A stretch of DNA of 64,000 bases, taken from the NCBI GenBank assembly GCA_964593375.1, contig CAZQIF010000003.1:11210-75209 (forward strand), read 5' to 3'. This DNA comes from an uncultured Candidatus Saccharibacteria bacterium. GTDB lineage: Bacteria > Patescibacteriota > Minisyncoccia > Phycocordibacterales > UBA918. This document shows positions 46,728-56,785 of the stretch, piece by piece. The position numbers and the translations under genes are program-made. Under the pieces are notes generated by a model, which did not search any database, was not told the origin of the DNA, and was given only the letters and a program-made list of their open reading frames with translations. How positions within the stretch are numbered: the stretch's first letter is position 1; every line of letters begins with the position of its first letter.

Positions 46728-46800
46728 CTATATTTTCGGAGTCCGTCGACACAATGCTTTTCGTAATGCTTTGTGTCGACGCCCTACTCAAACATCCGAT
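46728..46800 (+). repeat. intergenic repeat family 1, copy D (25 nt after the uppP stop)
   Basis: CTATATTTTCGGAGTCCGTC, then stem GTCGACACAATGC...GCTTTGTGTCGAC, then GCCCTACTCAAACA. Confidence 0.55.
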
Positions 46801-46899
46801 TTAGAAATAAGCACGTCAAAGCAAGCTCATTCCTCGAACTTTGCTCAGCCAAATGCTTTTTAGTTCTGAATATTTAAATTTGCTATTTGAATAGGGAAG

Positions 46900-46940
46900 T
46901 CATGCAAAAGAAAAACCCGGCGAACTTGCGTTTGCCGGGC
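46900..46940 (-). terminator. intrinsic terminator after the small ORF
   Basis: Minus strand reads CCCGGCAAACGCAAGTTCGCCGGG then TTTTTCTTTTGC. Confidence 0.45.
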
Positions 46941-46967
46941 CATTAAATATGGTACCAGTCATTCCAA

Positions 46968-47180
46968 TCAAACTACCTCAATGCAATAGTAATCAACATG
47001 ATAAGAGCAGGCTTCACCCATTCTAAGCTTGGTCATGTTTTTCTCCCAAACACTTCTGCCTGCATTTTTACATGCTTCTTGGGTCGAGAAACCTTTGATT
47101 TTTGTTATGTTTAATGATTTCCCTGTAACTCCTTTTTCTTGGTTTCGTTCATGAAAGACCAACACAAGCGTCCAACTCAT
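46968..47180 (-). CDS. small hypothetical protein (70 aa)
   Basis: Only ORF in a 630-bp gap; has its own downstream terminator; no recognisable domain. Confidence 0.35.
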   Translation of the reverse strand: MSWTLVLVFHERNQEKGVTGKSLNITKIKGFSTQEACKNAGRSVWEKNMTKLRMGEACSYHVDYYCIEVV

Positions 47181-47331
47181 TATGAGACCCTTTCTTACAG
47201 GTGACGGAACAACCTGTTTAGATTATACCACAAATTAGCATAAAATCAAATAACATTAATATATCTCAATAGAGTCATGAAATCCGTTTTTCCAAAGCTA
47301 ACAGCTAAGTGCTAAAAGCTAATCGCTAATT

Positions 47332-47907
47332 TTAAAATGGCAACGAATGCGTCATTTTTTGGTCCTCGTGGGGGAACCAGTGTGACGTGTCGAGTGGGAT
47401 TTCTTTTTTGCGGGCACCATCTTTGAAAAGAACCTTCTTGTTCAGGAGGGCATATTCAAAAATTCCTTTTGTGACTTTCACATCTTGCTTGCAGTATTTC
47501 TTGATGTCTTCAATATTTCCTTCGCGCCACCACTTGATAGCCTGAAGTCCATTCGCACTCTTCTTTGCACCAATTGTTGCTTGCGCTACTGAGTCGAGAC
47601 GAAGTCGTCGCCCGAGCGAGATACGAATGTCTTCGAGGAGGTCGATGCTTTTAATTTGCGTGAGGTCACCGGGGTAGTATTTGTTGAGGAGTGGAATATC
47701 AAAGTGATTGCTGTTGTAGCCAACGAGTACTTCTGCAGTTTCAAAAATTGGCCAAAGTTTATGAAGCTCGTCGATGGAGACGGTCGTGTAGGTATCAGTG
47801 AGTGAATCGTATGCGCACCCTACAGAAATATCGAGGTCGACAGGGTCATTGCTGCCCGCATCCTGAAATGTATTTTGCGTCTCCAAATCAAACACTACAT
47901 ATCGCAT
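47332..47907 (-). CDS. DEDD-family 3'-5' exonuclease
   Basis: Exo I VVFDLET, Exo II YNSNHFDIPLL, Exo III YCKQDV. Confidence 0.65.
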   Translation of the reverse strand: MRYVVFDLETQNTFQDAGSNDPVDLDISVGCAYDSLTDTYTTVSIDELHKLWPIFETAEVLVGYNSNHFDIPLLNKYYPGDLTQIKSIDLLEDIRISLGRRLRLDSVAQATIGAKKSANGLQAIKWWREGNIEDIKKYCKQDVKVTKGIFEYALLNKKVLFKDGARKKEIPLDTSHWFPHEDQKMTHSLPF

Positions 47908-47978
47908 AAAACTTTCACAATTGGTTAATTTCTTTGTTAAAACGGCAAGTTTTTCTTCACCGTACGTCCATGTACGGC

Positions 47979-49253
47979 TTATTCAAAACTTGCCGTTTTG
48001 CCTCGAAATTCACTCAATTCTGAAAGTTTTGTTAGTTCCGAGACTGAACCTTTGGTTTCAGACTTATCTGAAAGTTTTTTGAGTGTATACGACTGTGATG
48101 TAACTTCATTTTCACCAACAACAAGAATGTACCGCGAACCCGCGTCGCTCGCAGAACTAATTTTTTTGGCGAGTTTTTTGGTGCCAAAAGCAGTTGCTGT
48201 GGTTACTCCTGATTTTCTGAACGCATCGGCAATCTTAAGTGCTTCAGTATTCTGTGCTTCTTCGGCAGGAATAACGACGAGTGTTGGAGCGGTCACATGA
48301 ATATTTTTTGGAAGGAGCTTGTGAGTCTCTAAAAAGTCGCGCATGATGACATCTCCCATACCAAAGCCAATACCAGAAATTGGGTCGCCACCGAAAAGAC
48401 TCGTGAGATTGTCATAGCGTCCTCCGCCGAGCATCGAACGATTGTTGTCACCAGATTTGTCAAAGATTTCAAAGACTGTGCCCGTGTAGTAGTTGAAACC
48501 ACGAACAGTTGTAGGTGAAAATCCTACATTTGAAATGCCTAATTCTAAGAGTCCACCAATAACTTTCGATAGATTACTTTCCTCTGGGACTTCCGATGGA
48601 ATAGTAAAGGCTTTTTCGGTAATCTTTTTAACTTCCTCATCAAAATTATTGATTTTTTCTTTACGATCAAGAAGTGCAAGCAGAGATTTGCACTCAGTAT
48701 CGTCGAAACCAAAATCCCTTAAATATTGATTCAGGTGGGAGCGGTTATTAATCCGAATTTCAAACATTTCGGGAGTCGCTCCAAAATCAATAAGCACGTT
48801 GTATGCAAGTGCAATCATTTCAATATCAGCAGAAATGTCGTTTGAGCCGAAGAGGTCACAGTTAAACTGCCAGTGTTCGCGGAGGCGACCACGCTGTGGG
48901 CGTTCATAGCGGAAAAGATTTGGGATTGAGTACCAGCGCACAGGGAAACTGAGTTCACGACGCTTGCCTGCAATCATACGTGCAACGGTTGGGGTCATCT
49001 CGGGGCGTATGGTAACTTCACGGTCGCCACGGTCAATGAAGGTGTATGTTTGTTCGTTTACAAGCTCCTCATTTTCAGCACCCTTACTCTTATAGAGTTC
49101 AGAAGGTTCAAGGACCGATGCGTCATACCGTTCGTAGCCAAAGGACTCTGCGGTCTTTGCCCAGGTGTCAAAAATATAGCGTTGTATCGCCATGTCTTCG
49201 GGATAGAAGTCACGGGTTCCTTTATAGGGCTCAGTTCCAAGGATTTTTGACAT
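47979..49253 (-). CDS. hisS: histidyl-tRNA synthetase
   Basis: Class II motifs and HisRS-specific blocks (GTRDFYPEDMA, GGGRYDNL). Confidence 0.9.
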   Translation of the reverse strand: MSKILGTEPYKGTRDFYPEDMAIQRYIFDTWAKTAESFGYERYDASVLEPSELYKSKGAENEELVNEQTYTFIDRGDREVTIRPEMTPTVARMIAGKRRELSFPVRWYSIPNLFRYERPQRGRLREHWQFNCDLFGSNDISADIEMIALAYNVLIDFGATPEMFEIRINNRSHLNQYLRDFGFDDTECKSLLALLDRKEKINNFDEEVKKITEKAFTIPSEVPEESNLSKVIGGLLELGISNVGFSPTTVRGFNYYTGTVFEIFDKSGDNNRSMLGGGRYDNLTSLFGGDPISGIGFGMGDVIMRDFLETHKLLPKNIHVTAPTLVVIPAEEAQNTEALKIADAFRKSGVTTATAFGTKKLAKKISSASDAGSRYILVVGENEVTSQSYTLKKLSDKSETKGSVSELTKLSELSEFRGKTASFE

Positions 49254-49311
49254 AAGAAAAATGATGAGTAGATTCTATAATACCGTATTGTGAATGTATG
49301 CGAAAGTGGAG

Positions 49312-49881
49312 TTAGACCTCCATTTTTCGCTCATCATTTGAGTTACTCCTATCCATGAGTGTGTCGGAATTTTGTAGTATGAGTGCCTTAAGTTCACGAG
49401 GATGAGGAAGTCCGGTGGCGATAAATTCATTCCCATCACCGCCAGCCGTTTGTGCACGGAGTGAACCGTAGTCGAGGAGTGTTGCGAGGAGACCGTTGAT
49501 TTCTACCGTCATGTCTTGGAGACGTTCAAGGCGAAAACTTGAAACACGACGTCGAAAGAGACCGCGCTGGTCGATTGCAATGAGACGTTTTGTGGTAATT
49601 ACCCACAAGTCGAGATAATAATTTGTCCAAATATTAAAGAGTACCATCCACATGATGAGAAGCCACATGGCACTCAGTGCGACAAGGAGTGATGTATGAA
49701 TATTGAGTTTCACCGCAAGTTCGTGAGTAGAGTCAATGTTAAAGAAGACTAGTACAATGATGAAGGGGAAGAAGGCCGAAACCACAATAGCAAAGACTTC
49801 AACTGCGAGAATAAACCAATGCTTGCGCACCTGACTGACTACCACTTCATCTTGCTCAAGTTGTATTTTTTCGAGAAGCAT
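49312..49881 (-). CDS. membrane protein with a bacterial PH (YdbS/YdbT-like) domain
   Basis: Two TM helices followed by a PH-like beta region; start at MLLEKIQ. Confidence 0.45.
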   Translation of the reverse strand: MLLEKIQLEQDEVVVSQVRKHWFILAVEVFAIVVSAFFPFIIVLVFFNIDSTHELAVKLNIHTSLLVALSAMWLLIMWMVLFNIWTNYYLDLWVITTKRLIAIDQRGLFRRRVSSFRLERLQDMTVEINGLLATLLDYGSLRAQTAGGDGNEFIATGLPHPRELKALILQNSDTLMDRSNSNDERKMEV

Positions 49882-49885
49882 ATAG

Positions 49886-50101
49886 TTACATGAAAAAGAG
49901 AGTACTTGAAATGGTAATGAGGAGAAGTGCACCGCCAGTGAGATAGGTTGCGAGTGCAGTGACTGCCACACTACGCTTCTCACCATAACTTAACCAATGA
50001 AAGCCGAGTACAATTGCATGTACTGAAAAGGCGATAACGAGCACATAAAAAACTCCTTCAACACCTATACTGAGTAACGCTTGCGGGTCGATGGTTTTCA
50101 T
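49886..50101 (-). CDS. small hydrophobic membrane protein (hypothetical)
   Basis: 71-aa ORF with two predicted TM helices, directly upstream of the PH-domain protein. Confidence 0.3.
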   Translation of the reverse strand: MKTIDPQALLSIGVEGVFYVLVIAFSVHAIVLGFHWLSYGEKRSVAVTALATYLTGGALLLITISSTLFFM

Positions 50102-50124
50102 AGACTCTTTTATTTTCGCACCTT

Positions 50125-50904
50125 TTAGTCGCCTGTGCGAGTGAGACGTGTGTAGCGCCGTATACCGAATTGGTCCATTCTGGTTTCTGTAGCAAAGCCG
50201 TTTTGGGCACCGAGCTTGGCTATTGCTTCTGATTGTTCTGGTTCGTGCTCGATATAGAGGACACTATGCGCACACATATGTAGGTGTGCGTGTTCAATAA
50301 TATTTAAAATGAGCTCGAGACCGTCTTTTCCACCATAGAGCGCAAGGTGTGGCTCGTGAGTATGGACACTTTGCTCGGTGCGATTTAATACTGGGTCGAT
50401 ATAGGGTGGATTCGACAGGATGTAATCGTAGGTACCGGTGATAGTTTCAAAGAGGTTGCCACCATATATATGCATGCGTGACGTATCGATACTGTTTTCA
50501 CGAACGTTTTTTTCGATGAGTGGATGCAGGCGCGCGTCGATTTCTCCGAAATCAACGCGCGCGTTAGGAATCGCGGTAAGTACGGCAATACCAATGCATC
50601 CTGAGCCCGCACAGAGGTCGAGCACCCTCAGGTCTCTTTTTTCACGTGCCTGCATTTCGGCGATTACTTTCTCCACCCAGTATTCAGTCTCGACTCGTGG
50701 TATGAGGGGTCGAACACCAGTTTCGTCTTCAGTGGGAGCGAGAAAAATTTTTGTGTCGAGGAAAGGAATGTGACCAATGACATAGGCGAGCGGTTCACCG
50801 TTCTTTAAACGAACGCAGTCGGCGAAAAAACCTTCGGTTTTTTCGCCGTTATATTTTTCCTTGAGTAGCCAAGATTCATCTTGTGTCATAGGTATAGCGT
50901 ACAA
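50125..50904 (-). CDS. prmC: release-factor glutamine N5-methyltransferase (HemK/PrmC family)
   Basis: NPPY motif (ILSNPPYID); SAM-binding LDLCAGSGCIG. Confidence 0.8.
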   Translation of the reverse strand: MYAIPMTQDESWLLKEKYNGEKTEGFFADCVRLKNGEPLAYVIGHIPFLDTKIFLAPTEDETGVRPLIPRVETEYWVEKVIAEMQAREKRDLRVLDLCAGSGCIGIAVLTAIPNARVDFGEIDARLHPLIEKNVRENSIDTSRMHIYGGNLFETITGTYDYILSNPPYIDPVLNRTEQSVHTHEPHLALYGGKDGLELILNIIEHAHLHMCAHSVLYIEHEPEQSEAIAKLGAQNGFATETRMDQFGIRRYTRLTRTGD

Positions 50905-51058
50905 TCAAAATCCAATAGATACGAGGCGTCGAGGAACAATGACGTAAAACGTACAGATGCTACGGTGAACGTCGGTGTGACGATGACAACGAAGTAGGTA
51001 TGGATTTTGGTTGTACGCAACGGACTATACGCGTTGTTTATGATAAACTCAATATCTC

Positions 51059-51793
51059 ATGCAACCAGATAACATCTTAGTCATCGACCATCTCGTTAAG
51101 AAATACGATGACAAAATAGCGGTAAACGATGTCTCGCTCACCATAACGCGCGGTGATTTTTTTGGGTTTCTTGGTCCCAATGGTGCAGGGAAGTCGAGTA
51201 CGATTGGATGTATTACCGGTGTGAATCGCATTACGTCGGGCACCATATTGGTCGGAGGTCATGATGTTGTAGAGGAGTATAAAGAGGCGCGAAAGCATAT
51301 TGGCGTTTCGGCGCAGGAATTTAATGTTGATTTTTTCGCACCTGTCGAACAGCTTATGGATTTTATGGGAGGGTATTACGGTATTCCAAATCCACTTCGA
51401 AAAGAGCGTGTGGAAATGCTCATTGAACGTTTTCATCTTGGGGAACATCGTAAGAAGCCATTTCGAGAACTTTCGGGTGGACTAAAGCGTCGCATGATTC
51501 TTGCGCGCGCACTCGTGCATGACCCTGAACTCCTTATCCTGGATGAACCGACTGCTGGTGTTGATGTTGAGCAACGACATGAGCTCTGGCGATATTTGCG
51601 CGAACTGAGTGCTGAAGGAAAGACAATTATACTTACATCCCACTATTTGGAGGAAATTGAACTGCTTTGCAAAAATATCGCCATTATCAATAATGGAAAA
51701 ATTGCTGCGGAAGGAACGAAAGAAGAATTTCTCAAAGATGGAAAGTCTCTCGAACAGCGTTACTTAGAAATAACGAAAGGTGAGACGTTTTAA
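51059..51793 (+). CDS. ABC transporter ATP-binding protein
   Basis: Walker A GPNGAGKSS, signature LSGGLKRR, Walker B LILDEPT. Confidence 0.85.
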   Translation: MQPDNILVIDHLVKKYDDKIAVNDVSLTITRGDFFGFLGPNGAGKSSTIGCITGVNRITSGTILVGGHDVVEEYKEARKHIGVSAQEFNVDFFAPVEQLMDFMGGYYGIPNPLRKERVEMLIERFHLGEHRKKPFRELSGGLKRRMILARALVHDPELLILDEPTAGVDVEQRHELWRYLRELSAEGKTIILTSHYLEEIELLCKNIAIINNGKIAAEGTKEEFLKDGKSLEQRYLEITKGETF

Positions 51794-51829
51794 GGCTTAG
51801 CGGAAATGTATTAAAATTATTGATTTTAT

Positions 51830-52591
51830 ATGAATTGGATTGGCATATACACGTTTATCCGTCGCGAAATAATGCGCATGTCACGCGTGCTTATTCAAAC
51901 GGTAGTGTCTCCACTTATTTCAGCAACGCTCTACATCTTTATTTTTGGATTCGTCGTTGGCTCAAAAATTGATCTCATTGCGGGAGTTAAATACATCACC
52001 TTCGTGTTCCCGGGCATTCTCATGCTTAACATCATCGCCTCTGCGTTTGCACATAGCTCAAGTTCAGTTTATTTTGCTCGCTTTATAAAAAGTATCGAGG
52101 AGATTCTTATTGCACCGTTTTCGTATTTTGAAATTGTCTTTAGTTACACATTTTCTGCTGTCATTCGTGCGGTCATTGTTGCGGTCGGGATACTCTTCAT
52201 TGGTCTCATCTTCAAAGCGGTCACCATTACCTCACCATTCCTGTTCCTATTTTATGTCGTGAGTATCTCAACTATTTTTGCACTCCTCGGGATTCTCGTT
52301 GGACTCTGGGCAAAAAACTTTGAGCAACTTTCGGTCCTCAACACATTTATTATCACGCCGTTCACGTATCTGGGGGGCATTTTCTATTCGATTTCCATGC
52401 TTCCCGACAACATAGCTTTTCTCACACAACTGAATCCATTCTTCTACTTTGTCGATGGTATTCGGTACTCCATGATTGGTTTTTCTGAAGCACAGGCGGG
52501 TGTTGGCCTCGCGGTCATCATTGGGCTCATTCTCGTCTTGGGCTCACTCACCATGTATCTCTTTAAAATCGGTTGGCGGATTAGAGCATAA
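51830..52591 (+). CDS. ABC-2 type transporter permease
   Basis: Six TM helices; downstream of the ATPase. Confidence 0.7.
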   Translation: MNWIGIYTFIRREIMRMSRVLIQTVVSPLISATLYIFIFGFVVGSKIDLIAGVKYITFVFPGILMLNIIASAFAHSSSSVYFARFIKSIEEILIAPFSYFEIVFSYTFSAVIRAVIVAVGILFIGLIFKAVTITSPFLFLFYVVSISTIFALLGILVGLWAKNFEQLSVLNTFIITPFTYLGGIFYSISMLPDNIAFLTQLNPFFYFVDGIRYSMIGFSEAQAGVGLAVIIGLILVLGSLTMYLFKIGWRIRA

Positions 52592-52767
52592 AACACAATT
52601 TAAAAACTAAAATCTAAAAACTAAAACTAGAAGCAAGAACGGAATGATGAGTAGTGAATTTAGACGACGCATTTCTGAAAATACAAGAAACAACACCACT
52701 TAGTTTCTCCACTTTTAAATTTTCACTTTTAAATTTTCACTTTTCTCCCGTGCTACACTTTACGCAT

Positions 52768-53778
52768 ATGCGTGATAATAGCGATCTCTATAAAATTGTA
52801 GCGGGGCTCATGCAGCCCGGAAAAGGAATTTTAGCAGCTGACGAGAGCGATTCGACGGCAGGAAAGCGTCTTCTGATTGCCCATCTTCCTAACCAAGAGG
52901 GAAACCGACAGGACTTCCGTGAAATCATGTTTACGGCGCCAGGGATTGAGGAGTACCTTTCAGGGGTAATTCTCTACGACTCAACGCTCCGCGAAACAAC
53001 CGACCAAGGTGTGCCATTTGCCGATGTGCTCGCAGCCCGCGGTATTATTCCCGGCATTAAAGTTGACCAAGGTGTGGTATCACTCCCAAATTTCGAAGGA
53101 GAAGTAGTGACGCAGGGACTCGATAAGCTCGGTGAGCGTCTCAGTGAGTACTATAAAATGGGTGCACGATTTACCAAGTGGCGCGCGGTCATTACGATTG
53201 GAGAAAGTATTCCATCGATTGAATGTCTTGAGCTCAATGCGTCTGTGTTTGCACAGTATGCGCTCCTCGCGCAGGCTAATGGATTTGTTCCGATTGTTGA
53301 GCCAGAGGTAATTTTTGCCGGAAAGCACTCAATAAAGCGTGCGGAGGAAGTCACTACAAAGACGATTCAAATACTGTTTGCTGCGCTTGCAAAATACCGT
53401 GTTGACCTTAAGGCGGTCATTCTTAAATCGAGTATGGTACTCGCGGGGGATGCATTTAACCCACCTTCAAAGCCAAGTGAGGTTGCGAGTGCAACACTCC
53501 GCACCTTCCAACTCTCGGTACCACCAGAAGTTGGAGGTATTGTATTCCTCTCGGGCGGACAGACCCCAAAGCGCGCCACCGAGAATCTCCAAGCAATCGC
53601 CCAATTCGGGGCACAGCCGTGGCCGATTACATTCTCTTATTCACGTGCAATTGAAGAGCCATTCCTCGTTGCATGGCAGGGAAAGATGGAGAATATTCAA
53701 GTTGCACAGAAAACTCTCCTCAATTACTGCAGAATGAATGCGTTTGCACAGCAGGGTAAATACGAACCTGCAAAATAA
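52768..53778 (+). CDS. fructose-bisphosphate aldolase, class I (eukaryote-like)
   Basis: GKGILAADES, IIPGIKVD, PIVEPE blocks align with the muscle-type class I aldolase family; start set at MRDNSDLYK. Confidence 0.85.
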   Translation: MRDNSDLYKIVAGLMQPGKGILAADESDSTAGKRLLIAHLPNQEGNRQDFREIMFTAPGIEEYLSGVILYDSTLRETTDQGVPFADVLAARGIIPGIKVDQGVVSLPNFEGEVVTQGLDKLGERLSEYYKMGARFTKWRAVITIGESIPSIECLELNASVFAQYALLAQANGFVPIVEPEVIFAGKHSIKRAEEVTTKTIQILFAALAKYRVDLKAVILKSSMVLAGDAFNPPSKPSEVASATLRTFQLSVPPEVGGIVFLSGGQTPKRATENLQAIAQFGAQPWPITFSYSRAIEEPFLVAWQGKMENIQVAQKTLLNYCRMNAFAQQGKYEPAK

Positions 53779-53790
53779 GGCCCTAAATAT

Positions 53791-53823
53791 CAAAAATTCC
53801 CGCCAGCAGGCGGGAATTTTTGT
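53791..53823. terminator. bidirectional terminator between the aldolase gene and rpmG
   Basis: AAAAATTCCCGCC agca GGCGGGAATTTTTG. Confidence 0.5.
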
Positions 53824-53996
53824 TACTTTTTCTCTTTATAGACGGTATGCTTCTGGGCGACTGGATTGAACTTCTTAAATTCAAATTTCTTATCCGCGAG
53901 CTTTCGTTTATTCTTGCGGGTGTAGTAAACATGGCCTTTGCCGACACCTTTTGAGTCGCCAACTGATACCAATTTTATGAGTTTATCTTGTGACAT
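53823..53996 (-). CDS. rpmG: 50S ribosomal protein L33 (57 aa; below the ORF-track length cutoff)
   Basis: Hand translation [57 protein letters not shown] matches the L33 pattern (GxGxFYTTxKNKR...KKxDPVxxKHxxxKE). Confidence 0.75.
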   Translation of the reverse strand: MSQDKLIKLVSVGDSKGVGKGHVYYTRKNKRKLADKKFEFKKFNPVAQKHTVYKEKK

Positions 53997-54205
53997 AGCA
54001 GGGCGATATTACCAGATTTACGGGGGAAGGTCAACCCAAGCCGGATTTGGAAGAAAGAGCTGATATATAGACGATTATCTATGACTTATGCACCATAAAG
54101 GTGTTGATTCCTCGGGCTTAAAGAGTCCTATTCATGATACGATATACCTAACTGTATTTTCACCGAGAATTCTCTGGAACAAAGAATACAGTGTTTTATG
54201 CATAC

Positions 54206-55426
54206 ATGCGAGTATTGACGTTTGGGTGGGATTATCCACCCATGAAAAACGGTGGGCTCGGAGTTGCGTGTCATGGCCTGACCGAGGAACTCATAGATGC
54301 AGGTCTTGAGATTGTTTTCGTGTTACCACGTGAACAGCCAACCATTGGCAGTCAAAAATTTGTTTTTGCAAACCAGGTGCCACCCACAAAGACGTATGCG
54401 TTTGAGTCGTCTCTCTTGCCATATCAGCATGCACAGTCACTCATCGAATATTTCACACCCGGAGGAAAGCGGGTACGAGCCTCACACCGCATCATTGATG
54501 AGGTGTATCGCTATGCAGAAGCAGCGCGTGAAATTGCACTTCGTGAAAACTTTGATCTTATCCATGCACACGACTGGACATCATATATGGCGGGCGTTGC
54601 GGCTAAACTCGCAAGTCAAAAACCGCTCGTCCTTCATGTACATGCAACCTCCTTTGATCAGGCAGCAAGTTCCAATGTAGACCCGTCAATTTATGAGATT
54701 GAGCACCGAGCGTTTCATACCGCAGACTCAGTCGTTGCAATTAGCAACTTCACGAAAAATATTGTTGTTGATAAATTTGGAATTAATGCAAACAAGGTGA
54801 CGGTTGTGCACAATGGCATCAAGCCCCTCACGCCACCACGACTTCCGCCGGTGCTTCGTGAACTCAAGATGCAGGGAAAGAAAATTGTTTTTTACAACGG
54901 ACGCATCACGATTCAAAAAGGTGTCGACTATTTCATTAGGGCTGCGCGCCGAGTGGTAGACATTGATCCGAACGTCGTGTTCGTTATTTCTGGCTGGGGA
55001 GACATGGAGCACCAAATTATGCACCTCGTGGGTTCACTTGGACTTTCTAACAATGTCATCTTTGCGGGTGCACTCTGGGATGATGATCGTGACCGCATGT
55101 ATCAAGCGGCAGACCTTCTCGTGATGCCTTCTGTTTCTGAGCCGTTTGGTCTTGTTCCACTTGAGGCAATTCAGCATGGTACCCCAGCACTCGTGTCAAA
55201 GCAGTCAGGAGTATCTGAGGTGCTCACGCATGTGCTCAAGGTTGATTTCTGGGATATCGATGAGATGTCGAATAAGATTCTTGCCGCGCTTCGCTATGGC
55301 ACCATGAATCGACAACTTGTTGAAGAGAGTCAAAAAGAGCTGAGGCGACTCACGTGGCGTGTTGCAGCACATAAGGTTATAGCACTGTATAGGCGGTTAC
55401 TGGATTGGGTCTCATCGAAAAGGTAG
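54206..55426 (+). CDS. GT-B glycosyltransferase, glycogen/alpha-glucan synthase-like
   Basis: N-terminal KNGGLG (KxGGL-like) and C-terminal EPFGLVPLEA (E-x7-E type GT1/GT4/GT5 motif); lies in an alpha-glucan gene cluster. Confidence 0.65.
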   Translation: MRVLTFGWDYPPMKNGGLGVACHGLTEELIDAGLEIVFVLPREQPTIGSQKFVFANQVPPTKTYAFESSLLPYQHAQSLIEYFTPGGKRVRASHRIIDEVYRYAEAAREIALRENFDLIHAHDWTSYMAGVAAKLASQKPLVLHVHATSFDQAASSNVDPSIYEIEHRAFHTADSVVAISNFTKNIVVDKFGINANKVTVVHNGIKPLTPPRLPPVLRELKMQGKKIVFYNGRITIQKGVDYFIRAARRVVDIDPNVVFVISGWGDMEHQIMHLVGSLGLSNNVIFAGALWDDDRDRMYQAADLLVMPSVSEPFGLVPLEAIQHGTPALVSKQSGVSEVLTHVLKVDFWDIDEMSNKILAALRYGTMNRQLVEESQKELRRLTWRVAAHKVIALYRRLLDWVSSKR

Positions 55427-55435
55427 AATACTGTC

Positions 55436-56767
55436 ATGTTAACTGTTTGCCCATATTTTCACGTTCACCAACCGCATCGTATCAAGCGATACAAAGTTTT
55501 TGATATTGGCAACGATAGTGAGTATTTTAATGCGAGTGATCACACTGACCTCAACAACGCAAAAGTACTCCGCAAAGTTGCAGAGAAGTCGTATATCCCA
55601 ACGACGCGTGTACTTGGTGAACTACTTGCAAAACATCCAGAGTTTCGCTTTGCGTTTTCTTTTTCTGGTACGGTACTCGATCAGTTTGAAGCGTACGCAC
55701 CTCATGTCCTTAAAGCATTCCAAGACTTGGTTAAAACGGGTCGTGTAGAAATTCTTGCTGATACCTATTTTCACTCACTCGCGTTCTTTTACTCGAAACC
55801 GGAATTTGAACGGCAAGTCTCGATGCACCAGAAGAAAATTTTTGAGCTCTTCGGTGTGACACCAAAAGTATTTCGTAACACTGAACTTTCATACACAAAC
55901 GATCTTGCGAAGTGGTGTGATGAACACGGCTACCTCGGCATCATGGCAGAAGGATGGGACCCCGTCCTCGGGTGGCGTAGTCCAAACTATGTGTACCAGC
56001 CAGTTGGGTGTCAGAACATCAAGGTACTCCTCAAGAACTACAAACTCTCTGACGACATTGCCTTTCGCTTTGGCAACCAAGGATGGGCAAGTTGGCCACT
56101 CAGTGCAGAGACCTATGCAAAGTGGGTACATGCGCACCATGGCGACGGACACACCATCAATCTCTTTATGGACTTTGAGACGTTTGGTGAGCACCAGTGG
56201 GAAGATACCGGCATCTTCAATTTTCTTCGCGCACTTCCAGAAAAATTACTTGCACATGGCGACACGAGTTTTAAAACACCAACTGAAACGATTCAGTCCT
56301 ACCCATCGGTGGGAGAAATTGATGTACCACACATTCTCACGTGGGCTGATACCGATCGAGATCTTACCGCATGGGTGGGAAATGATATTCAGCGAGATGC
56401 GATTGCGACCATTTATGGAATGGAACATGACGTCATGGCTACCAAAGATGCAGACCTCATCATGACATGGAGAAAGCTTCAGACATCCGATCACTTCTAC
56501 TATATGTGCACGAAGTGGTTTCAAGATGGTGACGTGCACGCATACTTCAGTCCGTACGAATCCCCATATGATGCGTATATCGCTTTCATGAATGCGATAA
56601 GTGATTTACAATTAAGGGTGCAGGAAGTACTGAGGATGGAACGCACAAGCGTGCAAGTTCGAATTGGTTTTTGGTCTCGTGTATGGGCATTCATCCGTGC
56701 ATGGTTCAAAAAACTTTTCGTTCGTGTACCTTTTATTAATAGACGTTTGAAAGTTCGAGCGTCGTAA
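55436..56767 (+). CDS. glycoside hydrolase family 57-like protein (alpha-amylase or branching-enzyme type)
   Basis: N-terminal CPYFHVHQP block and an overall GH57-like layout; family assignment is by recollection, not by alignment. Confidence 0.5.
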   Translation: MLTVCPYFHVHQPHRIKRYKVFDIGNDSEYFNASDHTDLNNAKVLRKVAEKSYIPTTRVLGELLAKHPEFRFAFSFSGTVLDQFEAYAPHVLKAFQDLVKTGRVEILADTYFHSLAFFYSKPEFERQVSMHQKKIFELFGVTPKVFRNTELSYTNDLAKWCDEHGYLGIMAEGWDPVLGWRSPNYVYQPVGCQNIKVLLKNYKLSDDIAFRFGNQGWASWPLSAETYAKWVHAHHGDGHTINLFMDFETFGEHQWEDTGIFNFLRALPEKLLAHGDTSFKTPTETIQSYPSVGEIDVPHILTWADTDRDLTAWVGNDIQRDAIATIYGMEHDVMATKDADLIMTWRKLQTSDHFYYMCTKWFQDGDVHAYFSPYESPYDAYIAFMNAISDLQLRVQEVLRMERTSVQVRIGFWSRVWAFIRAWFKKLFVRVPFINRRLKVRAS

Positions 56768-56785
56768 ATTGTTCATTTAGTTCTT

